A DNA stretch of 64,000 bases from Mobula birostris. Taxonomy: Eukaryota. The notes beneath the pieces were generated by a model. The model did no database searches and was not told the origin of the DNA. It was given only the letters and a program-made list of their open reading frames with translations. The position numbers and the translations under genes were made by a program. The stretch is taken from positions 33,269,130 to 33,333,129 of the forward strand of contig NC_092375.1 of assembly GCF_030028105.1 (NCBI RefSeq). Direction: 5' to 3'. Shown piece by piece: positions 22,627-35,150 of this stretch. Every line of letters starts with the position of its first letter. The stretch's first letter is position 1.

Positions 22627-25600
22627 TTTCTGTCTTTATAGGTACATTTAACATCTCCTTTCCTCATTGCGCTCCATTAGCTGCCCTTGATCTCCGATTT
22701 CCATCCTCCTGCAACTCAAGTTTAAAGCACACCCCCCCCCCCCCGCCAAGACAGCACCAGCAAATCTTCCTGCAAGGACACTGGTTCCCCTCAAATTCTG
22801 AAGCAAACCATCCCATTTGTATAGGTCCCACCTTTCCTTGAAGAGCTCCACGAAACAAATTATCTGAGCCCTCCCTCCTGAACTCTTTCCTCAAAAATGT
22901 GTTAAACTGATCTTTGTATTTCTGGCACACTAGTACTTGGCATGGGCAGCAATACCCTGGAATCACCACCCTGGAAGTCCTGTCCTTGAACTTAGCACTA
23001 ATCTGACTGAACTCACTCCACAGGACTTCCTCACCCTTACCTTTCCTGTTTATGTCATTGGTACCAATATCCTGTGGCTGCTCACCCTCTCATTTAAGAA
23101 TGCCATAGACTCCATCAGAGATATCCCTGACCCAGTCACCTGGGAGGCAACATACCATCCAGGAATCTTGTTCTATACTCCAAGCCAATGAATACCCTAT
23201 CATTATTCCTCACCTCTTCTACCCCCTTTCCTTCTGAATCATAGAGCCAGACTCAGTGCCAGAAACCTGACTGCTGGGGCCTTCCTCTGCCAGGTTGCCC
23301 CCCAAAATAATATCCGAACAATAAACTTGTTATTGAGGGGTACCCTGCACTAGCTGCCTAATCGATTTTTCTATCCTGATGGTCACTTATTTACCTATGT
23401 CCAGCACCTTAGGTGTAACTTCCTCCCTGTACCTCCTATCGATTAACCCTTCCACCTCCTGAATGGAAGGTCATCTATCTCCCGTTCCCTAATGCAGTCT
23501 GTAAGCAGCTGCAGCTCGAATGCAAATCCTCCAGGTACTTGCAATCAAAATATTGGCAACACAGCATTTTCCTTAAACAAGTTAGAAGGTGAAGGAAATA
23601 TAAATGTGTCTATAAATAGCTTCACAATGTTAAACAGATTTACATTACCATCCTGAACCAAACACAAACTGAACAATCCAAAAATTTCAGAACAAGTGTC
23701 AGATACTGTACAACCAAAGTTGAGAGGTAGAAGTGCTTTCATGGCTTATACACGTTTTTTGGGCATAAAACATGATAACCTAACAGTTCTTCCACCAGCA
23801 GCGAACATTACATTGATGGCACTTCACCTTAATGACCCTCCATGTCTATCTAAACCCTTTCCCAAACCCCACCACCGGAATTTCATTCCCTCCCCCATCC
23901 TGGTCCGGGTGATGAGCACCTTTCAAAAGGACACCATCAGAAGCCAAGGTCTTGCTCCAAAATTGTACACTAGATCTAAGAGCTGAGGTCAGCCCATCCA
24001 GATTTTCCATCAATTTGGACAGACTAATAGCTAGCTGCACCATAGATCTAAAATTCACAGATTGAATACTATACATTTAACCTTGAATCAAACCAAAGGC
24101 AGAATTGGAACACTGCACATTACATACCAGAATCTGAAATAAGGAGAGAACAACATACGTCTGACTAGACCTAACACAAGAAAACTTCAGTTGGTTTCAA
24201 ACTCCTTGCTTTAAATGGCTCCATTATAATTTACTAGAATTTTTGTGAATAGCATCATGTATATACACATTGAATGAAATCCACAGTTCTTTGAGATTGA
24301 TAACTCCAAATACTCTTAATCCATAAGGTTATTTATAACCTTATTTAGGAAAATGATCATTCCCATATCCTGAAACCATAATCCCTTATACATCAAGATA
24401 CATTTGTCTGAGGAAGTGGCCTCTAGCCATCCAATAGTAACAATTAATATACATTTCTCAAAGATTGCTCTTTCACTTCATGAGACAAAATGTCAATTCA
24501 GGATCATGACCCTCCAAAGCTAGGCTTTTCAGTGCTAAAATACAGAAAAGGAGACAGTACATAATGAATAGATCATTTGTACAACATGAAAACCTTAAAT
24601 TAGCAGAAGAGTTTGCTACATCTATACTTCAGTTCCATGTAAACGTAACACAGCATTTGACTTAGCGTAATTGTTGAACCTACATATTAATTTTATGTGC
24701 AGAATCCTCCATATGTCACATCTAGCAAAAAGTTGTTTTTTTTTCCCCCCTTTCCTTCTACTACATGGATTTTTTCCATTATTTGATTATTTGTATTGGT
24801 TGATGCTATTATACTTCAACTACCAACTTCTTCACAATCAGAAGTGTACCATAGCTTTTTACACCCTCCTCGTATGTATTTCCAATACACCCTGGTATTA
24901 CAAGTAAAACTGGACTTAATGAATGTAATTCCCTCATTCAAATCACTGGTATAAATTGCTAACAGCTGAGGTTCAAGCACTAATTTGTGGAATTTCTTTG
25001 GTTACACCTTACTAATTGAGGAAGATGGAGGGATATGGATATTCTGAAGGTAGGAGAGATTAGTTTCTGGGGTTTTTTGATCCACTGGTTACTGGTTCAG
25101 CACAACATTGTGGACCAAGGGGCCTGTTGCTGTGCTCTACTGTTCCCTATTTGATGTAATCTGAAGATTTCTAGTATTCTTCCTTAAACAATCCTTAATC
25201 CATGATGATGATTTATTAATTACAAACCCTTGAATCCCAGTATTATTCTTAGCCACCTGATTTTTAACATTTTATCAAATGCTGGTTTAAAAATCCAGAG
25301 GTATGTATTTATTCTTCTCGGTCCATTTTCTTCTTTTTTTTTTGAGGGGGACTTCAACTATCCAACTCCTCGGATAGATGTAGTTTCATGAAAAGCAAAT
25401 AAAATCTGATTGTCCAAAATTAAACCAAAATAACATAAATGTACTTTTCCCAATATAAAAACCCACTATTTTTTTTTGCTGAATTGACCATTGAAGTCCT
25501 CAGCCTCACCCTAATATGTAGTCCACCAATATTCTTGACCAGAACCGGCAGCGCAAAAAAAAATTGTGTTGGATGTGGATGAATAGTGAAAGTGGAAGTT

Positions 25601-25749
25601 GAGTAGTAGCATGCATTTCACAACAGAGTCTAGCAGCTTTTCAATTATTAATGATGAACTAAACTGCTTTTTCTCTGATTCCTCTTTCCATCATTTCTTG
25701 GGTTACAGTATTATAATTGCTATCTTTCACTTCACTGGACTAATTTAAA

Positions 25750-26233
25750 ACCAGATTGATTCCTGGGATGACAGGACTTTCATATGATGAAAGACTGGAT
25801 CGACTAGGCTTATACTCACTGGATTTAGAAGATTGAGGGGAGATCTTATTGAAACGTATAAAATTCTAAAGGGATTGGACAGGCTAGATGCAGGAAGATT
25901 GTTCCCAATGTTGGGGAAGTCCAGAACGAGGGGTCACAGTTTGAAGATAAAGGGGAAACCTTTTAGGACCGAGATTTGGAAAGACTTCTTCACACAGAGG
26001 GTGGCGAATCTGTGGAATTCTCTGCCCCAGGAAACAGTTGAGGCCAGTTCATTGGCTATATTTAAGAGGGAGTTAGATATGGCCCTTGTGGCTAAAGGGA
26101 TCGGGGGTATGGAGAGAAAGCAGGTACGGGGTTCTGAGTTGGATGATCAGCCATGATCATACTGAATGGCGGTGCAGGCTTGAAGGGCCGAGTGGCCTAC
26201 TCCTGCACCTATTTTCTATGTTTCTATGTTTCT
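25750..26233 (+). mobile_element. 5'-truncated CR1 3' end
   Basis: RGDLIETYKILKGLDRL..FFTQRVANLWNSLP; (TTTCTATG)n tail. Confidence 0.93.
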
Positions 26234-26889
26234 TTAATTTTCAGAATGGACATAGTTTTGTCAGCATGTAAGAATTGAATGAAAATCAATATATCCTTGT
26301 TTCTGCACTCCTTAATCGCAAAAAATTACCTCCAGGGTATTGACTACATTCAAAGGGGATGTTAAATATAGTACAGAAATATGTGTCTTCACATCAATTA
26401 CATCCTTGTTTTCATTAGCCTATGCTTTCTCCCATAATATCCATCATGTTCTACTTTTTTCTGTGAAGACAGAGATACAGAACATTTGTTTAATGATTCT
26501 GCCCTCTTCTTATTAATACTTCTCCATAAAGGATCCATACTCATTTTAGATCATCTTTAATTTTCACATTTCTCAAAGTTCATACAAATCTCCCTCTATA
26601 TTTCTAGATAATTTTCCATTGTATTTTTATCTTACCATTTTCTTGCCCACCTTTTGCTAATTTTACAAAATTTCCTGCAAGATTCTGGCTTATCATTTTG
26701 AATAACTTTCTTCTGCCACACAGTCAATTCCCAGCACCACCCACACAAGCTTGATGAACAGACATCTGTTTACTTTTATTTGAATAAACACAAAAATTTG
26801 AGCCTTCGCAGTCTCTGGGCTAGAGGATTTCATCGCTTCAGAAATTCACAACTAAATCCATAAATGCCTCAAGATTATTTAATATAATT

Positions 26890-28310
26890 TCCTGTACACA
26901 AGTATAAAGGGGACAAAATAATTGTCGGTCTGTATCTGATGCAGCACAGAAAAAGCACGATAAGATTTTAAAAAAACACAAGTATAGATACACAAGGAGG
27001 GGAGGAGAAGATGGCGGCGCAACGCAGTGCGCGCAGCCGCTCCGGAATGATATCGGTATTTGTTAAGTAGGTACCGTGCACAATCCTGATTTGATGGAGA
27101 CAGACGTGAGAAGCACTGAGGAACATCTGGAGAAACTTCTGAAATGCCCGCTTCGCTGCCGCTGCTACTGTGCGATCAAGAATCTCCGGAGGGGAAGGCC
27201 CAAATCCTCGGCTTTACCTACTGCCTGTTGCCGGGGCCGGGGTTGAAGCGCTCAGCAGAGATGGTGCTCGGTGCTCGGTGTTGGAGGGCTGGTCAGAGGC
27301 TCGAAGTTTTCAGATGGACTCAAGAGTCGGCTGCTTCCAGGGTGCTGCATCGGCAAGTTTGTGGCACTGGAAGTTCATGGCAGGGAGAGTTTTTCTTCCT
27401 TCTACTGCCTGCGTGAGATGATGGGACTTTGAGAGACTTTGAGACTTTTTTTTACCGTGCCCATGGTCTATTCTTTATCAAATCACGGTATTGCTTTGCA
27501 CTGTTGTAACTATATGTTATAATTATGTGGTTTTTGTCAGTTTTTTTAGTCTTGGTTTGTCTTGTGCTTCTGTGCTATCATTATGGAGGAACATTGTATC
27601 ATTTCTTAATGCACGCATTACTAACTGACAATAAGAGGACTGTGTGTCCTCATAATCTAATCTAATATAGATTAAATGTGTGTTGATAAAGTGATGCCAG
27701 GCTGTACACAAGGTAGCTGACAGGAAATAACAAAATAGTGGTGGAGTTAGTGGGTGGAGGTGTTTTTTCAGCCTTATTGCTTGGGGAAAGTAACTGATTT
27801 TGAGACTGATGGTTCTGGAGTAGATACTATGCAGCGCACCGCCCCCCCCCCCCCGACCCCATGGCAGTGGGACAAAAATCCATGAACAGGGTGGGTGGGA
27901 TCCTTCATGATGTTACTGGCCCTTTTCCGGCACCTTGCCGTATATTCGTCCTCGATGGTGGGTGGACTAGTGCCAGTAATGCACCAGTCAATTTGGGCGA
28001 CCTATTGTGCAGCCTTCCTGTCTGCAGCAGTACAGTTTCCTTATCAAGCAGTCACGCAGCTTGTCACAGTGCTCGTGTTTGAATATCATAGAATGAAATG
28101 ACTGTCGATGAGAAAAACCTCTTTAGAAAATAGAGGTGTTAGTGACCTTTCTGTGTAGGATGTCTCCTGAGACCATGAGAGGTTGTGTGTGATGTACGGT
28201 CCCATGAGTTTGAAACTGCTTGCATTTTCCACTGCTGTACTGCCAATGTAAATGGGGAGAGCTCTCTTGAAGCTGATGAACATCTCTTTTCCTGAACTGT
28301 GCCCCCGATC
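26890..28310 (-). mobile_element. Decayed Rex1/Babar-type LINE 3' part, interrupted by retroposon copy 2
   Basis: PIYIGSTAVENASSFKLMG.YITHNLSWS motif at 28086-28283. Confidence 0.65.
26996..27666 (+). mobile_element. Non-autonomous non-coding retroposon, copy 2 (second subfamily)
   Basis: Same head and 3' end as copy 1, (TAATC)n tail, divergent middle. Confidence 0.85.
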
Positions 28311-28838
28311 TTACCCTCCTCAGCTTGGGAAATCATGCTCCCAGCCTCTAGTCTGAAAAGCTACTACCCTCTGCAGCTTTTTCCCAATCCCCTGCATTGG
28401 AACCTCAGTACCAGGCAGTGATGCAACAGTCAGAATGCTCTCAACCGGTCACAAATTTGCTAGAATCTTCAGTGATAGACCAAATAGCCTCAAAACTCTT
28501 ACCACATAATCAATATTTTGAGCCCAGGATGGCTCCTCCGAGATGCTGATGCCCAGAAACGTGGAGCTTCCCACCCTTTCCCCTGCTGACCCCTCAATGA
28601 GGACCGGTGAGTGTTCTCCCAACTTCCCTTTCCTGAAGTCCACAATCAATTCCTTGGTCTTGCCGACTTTGAATGCAAAGGTGCTGCTGTGACACTACTC
28701 AACCAGCTGATCTACCTTGCTCCGGTATGCCTCCTCAGCACCATCAATGATTCTGCCAACAGTGGTATCATCAGCAAATTTATAGATGGCATTTGAGCTG
28801 TACTCAGCCATGGTCACGTGCTTCGGGGTAGAGCAGAG

Positions 28839-29786
28839 CAGCGGTCCCCAAACACGAGGCCGCAGAACAGGTGCTACCGGGCCGTGAGTAAACGATAGGA
28901 GTCAGCTGCACCTTACCTCATTCCCTGTCACACACTGTTAAATTTGAACATAGGGTTGCCAACTGTCCCGTATTTGCCGGGACATCTCGTATATTGGGCT
29001 AAATTGGTTTGTCCCGTATTTCCCCCGCCAAGGCAGAGCGTTCCTATGAAACCTTTCGTGCCGAAATGGCGTGAAGCAAAGAAGCAATTACCATTAATTT
29101 ATACCTTATATGATCTGAAGGTCACTAGTTCAAGCCTCAGCTGTGGCAGAGTGTTTGTGCCCTTGAGCAAGGCACCTAATCACACATTGCTCTAGTGTCT
29201 GTGCGAGGAGTGGCGCCCCACACAGACTTCCAATCTGCGCCTTATAAGGCATGAAAATGCATGTAAGGTCTGAGTCGACGTTCCCTCCCTCCCCTATATG
29301 GGAAAAATTTTTGAGCGTTCCCAGTCCCAAAAAATAACCTAACAAATCATACCAAATAACACATAAAACCGAAAATAAATAACACTAACATACAGTAAAA
29401 GCAGGAATGATATGATAAATACACAGCCTATATAAAGTAGAAATAATATGTGCAGTATAGTCGGGAAGATGAAGGCAAAACTGATTTGTGGGAAAAAAAA
29501 ATCGGCACGTACGCGCATGCGCACGTCACACGCATGCACACACAGAGCCCGCGCAAGGCTTTATGGTCATGGTAGTCTTTCCTGGGGTAACGTGTCCCGG
29601 GATTTGACTGCTACTTTTGTCCCTTATTTGGGAGTGAGAAAGTTGGCAACCCTAACTGTAAAAGACATGTTGAGATGAGCTTAACCCTACTTGAACACCC
29701 CCCCGCCCCCCCCACCGCTGGCCAGTCCGCAAGAATATTGTCAATATTAAACCAGTCCACAGTGCAAAAAAGTCTGGGGACCCCTG
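28839..29786. mobile_element. Non-autonomous hAT element with 8-bp TSD
   Basis: TIRs CAGCGGTCCCCA and TGGGGACCCCTG; TSD GAGCAGAG (28831-38) and GAGTAGAG (29787-94). Confidence 0.85.
28951..29654. mobile_element. Nested hAT-Blackjack-type element containing a SINE fragment
   Basis: Perfect TIR TAGGGTTGCCAACT / AGTTGGCAACCCTA; internal SINE-like piece (agttcaagcc..gtgcccttgagcaaggcacctaa) at ~29110-29260. Confidence 0.8.
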
Positions 29787-30124
29787 GAGTAGAGCACTGG
29801 GTTAAGTGCACATCCTTAGCATATGCCTTCACAATTGCTCATTTTGAACCACGAGGCTCCCTCAGGAGGACTGGCATGTCCATCACTTCTCCAAAATTAG
29901 AGATCGGTAGTGAAGTACTAGTCTTGCCACGTAACTTCCCACTTAAAACTGGCAGGTTCATTAACTTATTGATTAAATTTGAGTAAATGGAGATGCATAG
30001 GATCAGGGGTGTGTCTGTCCCGGCAGTTACTACTGTTATTCTGCAATGGGCTGCACTCATTGTACCACAGAGGAATTCAACACACTTCACTGAGCAGCCA
30101 CAACACTCAAATAAGCCTATCCAA

Positions 30125-30825
30125 AAGCAGAATCTGGCTTATTGTCATTGACACATGTTGTGAAATATGTGGCTTTGGAGCAGCAGTACATTGCAACACA
30201 AAATACTATAAATTACGATTAAGAAATGTGTTTTTTTAATAAATAGTGCAAAGAGAGAAAAACAGTCAGGTACTGTTCATGGGTTCATTGACTGTTCAGA
30301 AATCAGATGGTAGAGGAGAAGAAGCTATTCCTAAAATGTTGAATGTGAGTCTTCAGGCTCCTGTTACTCCTCTCTGATGGTAGAAGTGAGCAGAGGGCTT
30401 GTCCTAGGTTCCGGGTGTCCTTGATACTGGAGGACATCTTTCTGAGGCATAGCTGTGCTCCTATTTCTTCTGTTCTTATTTAGTCTTTTGAAGGTGAACT
30501 TGATGCCAATAATGGAAATGGCTGAGTCTACAACCCCCTACAGTTTATTCTGACCCCTCCGTACCAGGTGGTCATCCAACCTGTTAGAATGCTCTCCTTA
30601 GTACATCTGTAGAACTTTGCTAGAGTCTCTGGTAACATACCACATCTCTTCTAACTCTTAAGGATATATAGCCACTGGCATACCATCTCCAGGAATATGT
30701 TGGGCCCAGGATAGATCTTCAGAGATGTTGGCACCCAGGAACTTGAAACTGCTCACCCTTTGCATTGCTGACCCCTTGAAGAGGACTAGTGTATGTTCCT
30801 CAACTTCAACTTCCTGATACCCACT
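30125..30825 (-). mobile_element. Decayed Rex1/Babar-type LINE 3' part
   Basis: Revcomp encodes [22 protein letters not shown]; Rex-type 3' UTR. Confidence 0.7.
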
Positions 30826-31448
30826 AGCAGTGCCCCATGGGCAATCTCTGCATCCTGCTTCTATAGTTCAGTCCACACAGGTGTACAGCAATAAGACCTC
30901 TTGACTGTTTAATTAAATGTCAGTGTAGGACAACGAATTTGACTCAGTTCCTGGCACAGCAGCACCTTGTTCAGACGGATGCACTCCAGTAACTATGAGT
31001 GCCGTAATGAATCAGTTTTCTGCAAAGCACTGCCAAGTGCAGTACCAGAATGCTAGGGGTTCTCATTAATACTCCAGTAACTTTACAGCATTAATACTGC
31101 AGTATTAGGATAATGATAACATCACATGAGAAAGAAATCATCGCCGTCCTACTTCATCTTTTCCATTCCACACATTCCGCAGCAATCTGCAAACACTTCC
31201 AGCAGATGTTGGGCTCTCAACCTCAGCAAGTAGTAAATGGTTGGAAACTGATACTTAAAATAGACGGCCGCTAAACGATAAATGTTTCTTCCTAACAATT
31301 TCTCACTCTTGCCAGAAGCAGACTCTGTCAACAACGTGCAAGATGTTGCCCTGAGACCCCAGATCCTGCACTTTTCTGCAAATAATCTCATCTTCTGGAG
31401 ACAATCTGGGAACATTGTTAAATACAAGTCCCAGGGATCTGTACTTAC

Positions 31449-31506
31449 AACAGCAGATCTAGTCTCTGGGGAATTCACAACCTTGTCTCCCGACCTCCGT
31501 TTCAAA
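31449..31506 (-). other. Candidate 58-nt upstream exon of the host gene
   Basis: Acceptor cttttgttttccaag at 31507; donor GTT|GTAAGT at 31448. Open as LKRRSGDKVVNSPETRSAV, ending in phase 0, which matches exon 6660. Lies in an apparently unique island. Confidence 0.5.
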
Positions 31507-32249
31507 CTTGGAAAACAAAAGCTACATACCTTGGTGGCACAGTCACACACTCAGAATTGCTGCCTCCTCATGTTCCACAGGTCCATGCTTGATCCGAGCC
31601 CAAATACTGTACTGTATTTATATTACAATTCCCATTCCTGTTCTGACATGTTTGATTAAGGCCTCCTCTTGTGCCACGATGAGGACACTCTGATTGTGAC
31701 TCAAGAGGCAGAAGTTAAAATAGATGAGGGATTGACAATGCCAATCAGGGACAGTATCACAGCTGTACAAAGGAAGGACATTGTGGAGGGGGTCATCTGC
31801 TAAATCAGTGTGAGTGGAAGTCAGAGACAGACAGGGAGCAATCACTCCACTGGAAGTAAATTATAGGCCCCCACAATGGCAACAGGAACACGAAGGGACA
31901 GATCAGTAGGCAAATTTTGGAAAGGTGTAAAAATGACAGGGTCTTATCACAGGTGACTTCAATTTCCCTAACATCGATAGGTACCTCCTTTGTGGAAGTG
32001 GTTTAGTTGCGGCAGAAGGGTACCTTACAAAATATGTCGACAGGACAGCTACAGGAGAATCCATACTGGATTTGGTACTAAACAATGATCAGATGTAAAA
32101 TCTCTCGGTGGGTGAGCATTTCAGAGATAGTGACCATACTCCCTGACCTGTGGCATTGCCTTGAACAAGGTTAGGAGCATAATGCACAGGAAAGCATTTA
32201 ATTGAGGGAGGGCTAATTATGTTGCTATTAAGCAGGAAGTTTGGAGCTC

Positions 32250-33615
32250 TGCATCATTGCAAAGTGCTTTGAGAGACTGGTTCTATCACATCTGAAATCC
32301 TGTCTGCCCACTACTCTGGAACAGTTGAGGCCAGTTCATTGGCTATATTTAAGAGGGGGTTAGATATGGCCCTTGTGGCTAAAGGGATCGGGGGTATGGA
32401 GAAAAGGCTGGTACAGGGTTCTGAGTTGCATGATCAGCCATGATCATACTGAATGGCGGTGCAGGCTCGAAGGGCCGAATGGCCTACTGCTGCACCTATT
32501 TTCTATGTTTCTATGACCCCCATCAATTTGCCTATCGTACCAACAGGTCAACAGAGGATGCCATCTCCACGGCACTTCACTCTGCCCTGACCCACCTGGA
32601 CAGCCCCAACTCTTACATCAGATTGCTGTTCGTTGACTTTGGTTCAGCATTCAATACTGTGATCCCCTCCAAGCTGATCACCAAACTTCACCAGCTTGGT
32701 ATCAGCTCATCCCTCTGCAATTGGACCTTGGACTTTCTGACTAACAGACCCCAATCAGTTAAGTTAGACAACCTCTCCTCCTCCACTCTCACCCTGAACA
32801 CCGGCGTGCCTCAAGGCTGTGTGCTGAGCCCTCTTCTGTACTCCCTTTTCACCTATGACTGCGTTCCTGTACATGGTTCTAACTCCATAATCAAGTTCGC
32901 AGACGACACCACGGTGGTTGGCCTGATCAGAGGGGATGACGCGATGGCCTACAGGGACGAGGTCCAGCACCTGGCCGTGTGGTGTGTTGACAACAACTGG
33001 CCCTTAACCCATAAGACCAAGGAGATCATTGTGGACTTCAGGCATGCTAGGAGCCACACTCACGTCCCCATCTACATCAACGGAGCTGTAGTGGAGCGTG
33101 TATCAAGCTTCAAATTCCTTAGTGTCCACGTTTCCAAGGATCTCACCTGGTCCCTGAACTCCTCCACCCCTTTCAAAAAGGCGCAACAGCACCTTTACTT
33201 CCTGTGGAGCATCAAGAAAGCTCACCTCTGTCCCAGGATACTGACGGATTTTTACCGCTGTACCATTGAGAGCATACTCACCAACTGCAGCTCAGTGTGG
33301 CATGGCAATAGTCCCGTATCAGACCGCAAAGCACTCCAGCGTGTGGTTAAAACTGCCCAGCGGATTATCGGCACCCAATTGCCCATTATTGAGAACATCT
33401 ACCAAAAAAGCTGCCTGGGCAGGGCAAAAAGCATTATCAAGGATGCATCTCACCCTAACCATGGACTTTTTACTCTCCTCCCATCCGGTAGGCGCGACAG
33501 GAACCTCTGCTCCCACACCAGCAGGCACAGGAAGAGCTTCTTCCCTGAGGCTGTGACCCTGCTGAACCTCACATCATAGCGCTAAGCAATATTGGACCCA
33601 TATTGTACTGTCTCA
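32250..33615 (+). mobile_element. Rex1/Babar-type LINE, 5'-truncated, RT frame open
   Basis: IIAKCFERLV..LPTTL|[41 protein letters not shown], to a natural stop at 33579. Confidence 0.93.
32320..32515 (+). mobile_element. Short CR1 3' end inserted into the Rex RT
   Basis: Nearly identical to 26033-26233; splits the TTL/DPHQF codons. Confidence 0.92.
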
Positions 33616-35150
33616 GTAGGGTGAAGGAACCATGGTTGAAAAGAGAGGTGGGAAATTTAGTCAAGAGGAGGAAGCATACTCAAGGTTTAGGAAGCAAAGA
33701 TCAGAAAGGGCACTGGAAAGTAATAAGGCGGGAGGGAGCTTAAGAAGTGATTTAGGAGCAATAGAATGGGACATGAGAAGGCCTTGATGAGGAGGATCAA
33801 AGAAAACACCAAGGCAGTCTAAATGTACGTTAAGACAATAGAGTGACTAGAGTGAGAGGAAGACTAATAAGTGATAAAAGAGGAAGCATGTCTGAAGACA
33901 GAGGAGTTCAGGAGGTCCTCAATGAATACTTGATGAATATGGGAGTTTTGAAAAACGTTAGGATAGACAGCTCCCCAGGGCTGAATGGGATATACCCCCA
34001 GGTTACAATGGGAAGCGAGGGAAGATTTTGCTGTACCGTTGGTGACGATTTTTGCATCCTAATTGTCCAGTTGAGTACCTGAAGATTGGAGGATAGCAAA
34101 TGTTCAAGAAATGTAATAGCATTAACACTGAGAATTATAAGCCAGTGGTGGGCAAATTATTGGGAGTATTTTTAGTAACAGGATTGACAAGCATTGTTTG
34201 ATTAGGAATAGGCAGTACAGCTCTGAGAGGGGCAAGTCGTGCCTCACAAGCCTGACTGACTTTTTCAAGGAAGTGACAAAACAAATTGATGAAAGCACAG
34301 GAGTGGATGGAGTGTATTGGATATTAATAAGGAGCTTGATAAGATTCTCCACAGTAGGCTCAGCCACAATGCCGGAAGGCATACAATTCAGAGAAACTTG
34401 TGTGTATTCAGAATTGGCTTGCCCACAGAAGGCAGAGGTGATAATCGATGGAGTGCATTTTTTCGCTGGTGATCATTGACTAGTGGATCTGTTCTGGGAC
34501 CCCTGCTGTTTATAATTTTCATTAGTGACTTAGATGAGGGAGTGGAAGGGTAGGCTAGTAAGTCTGCAGCTGACACGGCAGTTGGGGCAGCTGTGAATAG
34601 TGCAGAAGGTTGTCATAGGTTACAATAAGACATTGATAGGATGCAGAGTTGGGACTGAGAAGTGGCAGATGGAGTTCAACATAGAAAAGTGTCGAGTTTT
34701 TCACTTGGAAAGATTAAGGTTGAAGGCAGAATACAGGGTTAGTGGCAGAATTCTTAGTGTGAAGGAATAAAGGGATCAAAGGTATCTTATGGTCCATTGC
34801 CATATATCCCTCAAGGTTGCCACGCAAGTTGATAAGGTAATTAAGACATATGGTGTGTTGGCCTTCAATAGTCAAGGGATTCAGTTCAAGAGCCGTGAGG
34901 TAATATTGCAACTCTATAAAATTCTGGTCCGACCACACTTGCAGCATTGCGTTCAGTTCTGGTCTCCTCGTTATATAGAAGCTTTAGAGAAGGTGTTAAG
35001 AAGATTTACCAGGGATGCTGCCTGGATTAGAAAGCATGTCTTATGAGGAAAGGCTGAGCAAGCCTTGAGAGGGCTTTTCTCCCTGGAGCGAAGAAGAATG
35101 AGAGGTGATTTGATAGGTTTATAAAATGATAAAAGGCATAGACAGAGTGG

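Larger units (their letters stand above)
20470..23540 (-). mobile_element. Decayed near-full-span CR1 (ORF1 esterase region plus patchy ORF2), interrupted by a retroposon
   Basis: IDYRSWDVMLKLYK, KREIRRTKRRHE; ORF1-like DLYKWDGL..LAGRFAGAV; many deletions. Confidence 0.75.
28350..29830 (-). mobile_element. Decayed Rex1/Babar-type RT fragment split by a hAT element
   Basis: IYKFADDTT (28760-28790) and IVDFRKG..SPVLIEG..FLGISISE..W; continues at 29787-29830. Confidence 0.7.

Noticed and set aside
31149-31659. Overlapping 133-aa and 125-aa ORFs as standalone genes
   Set aside because: No recognisable domain; the region is better explained by a short exon with splice signals.
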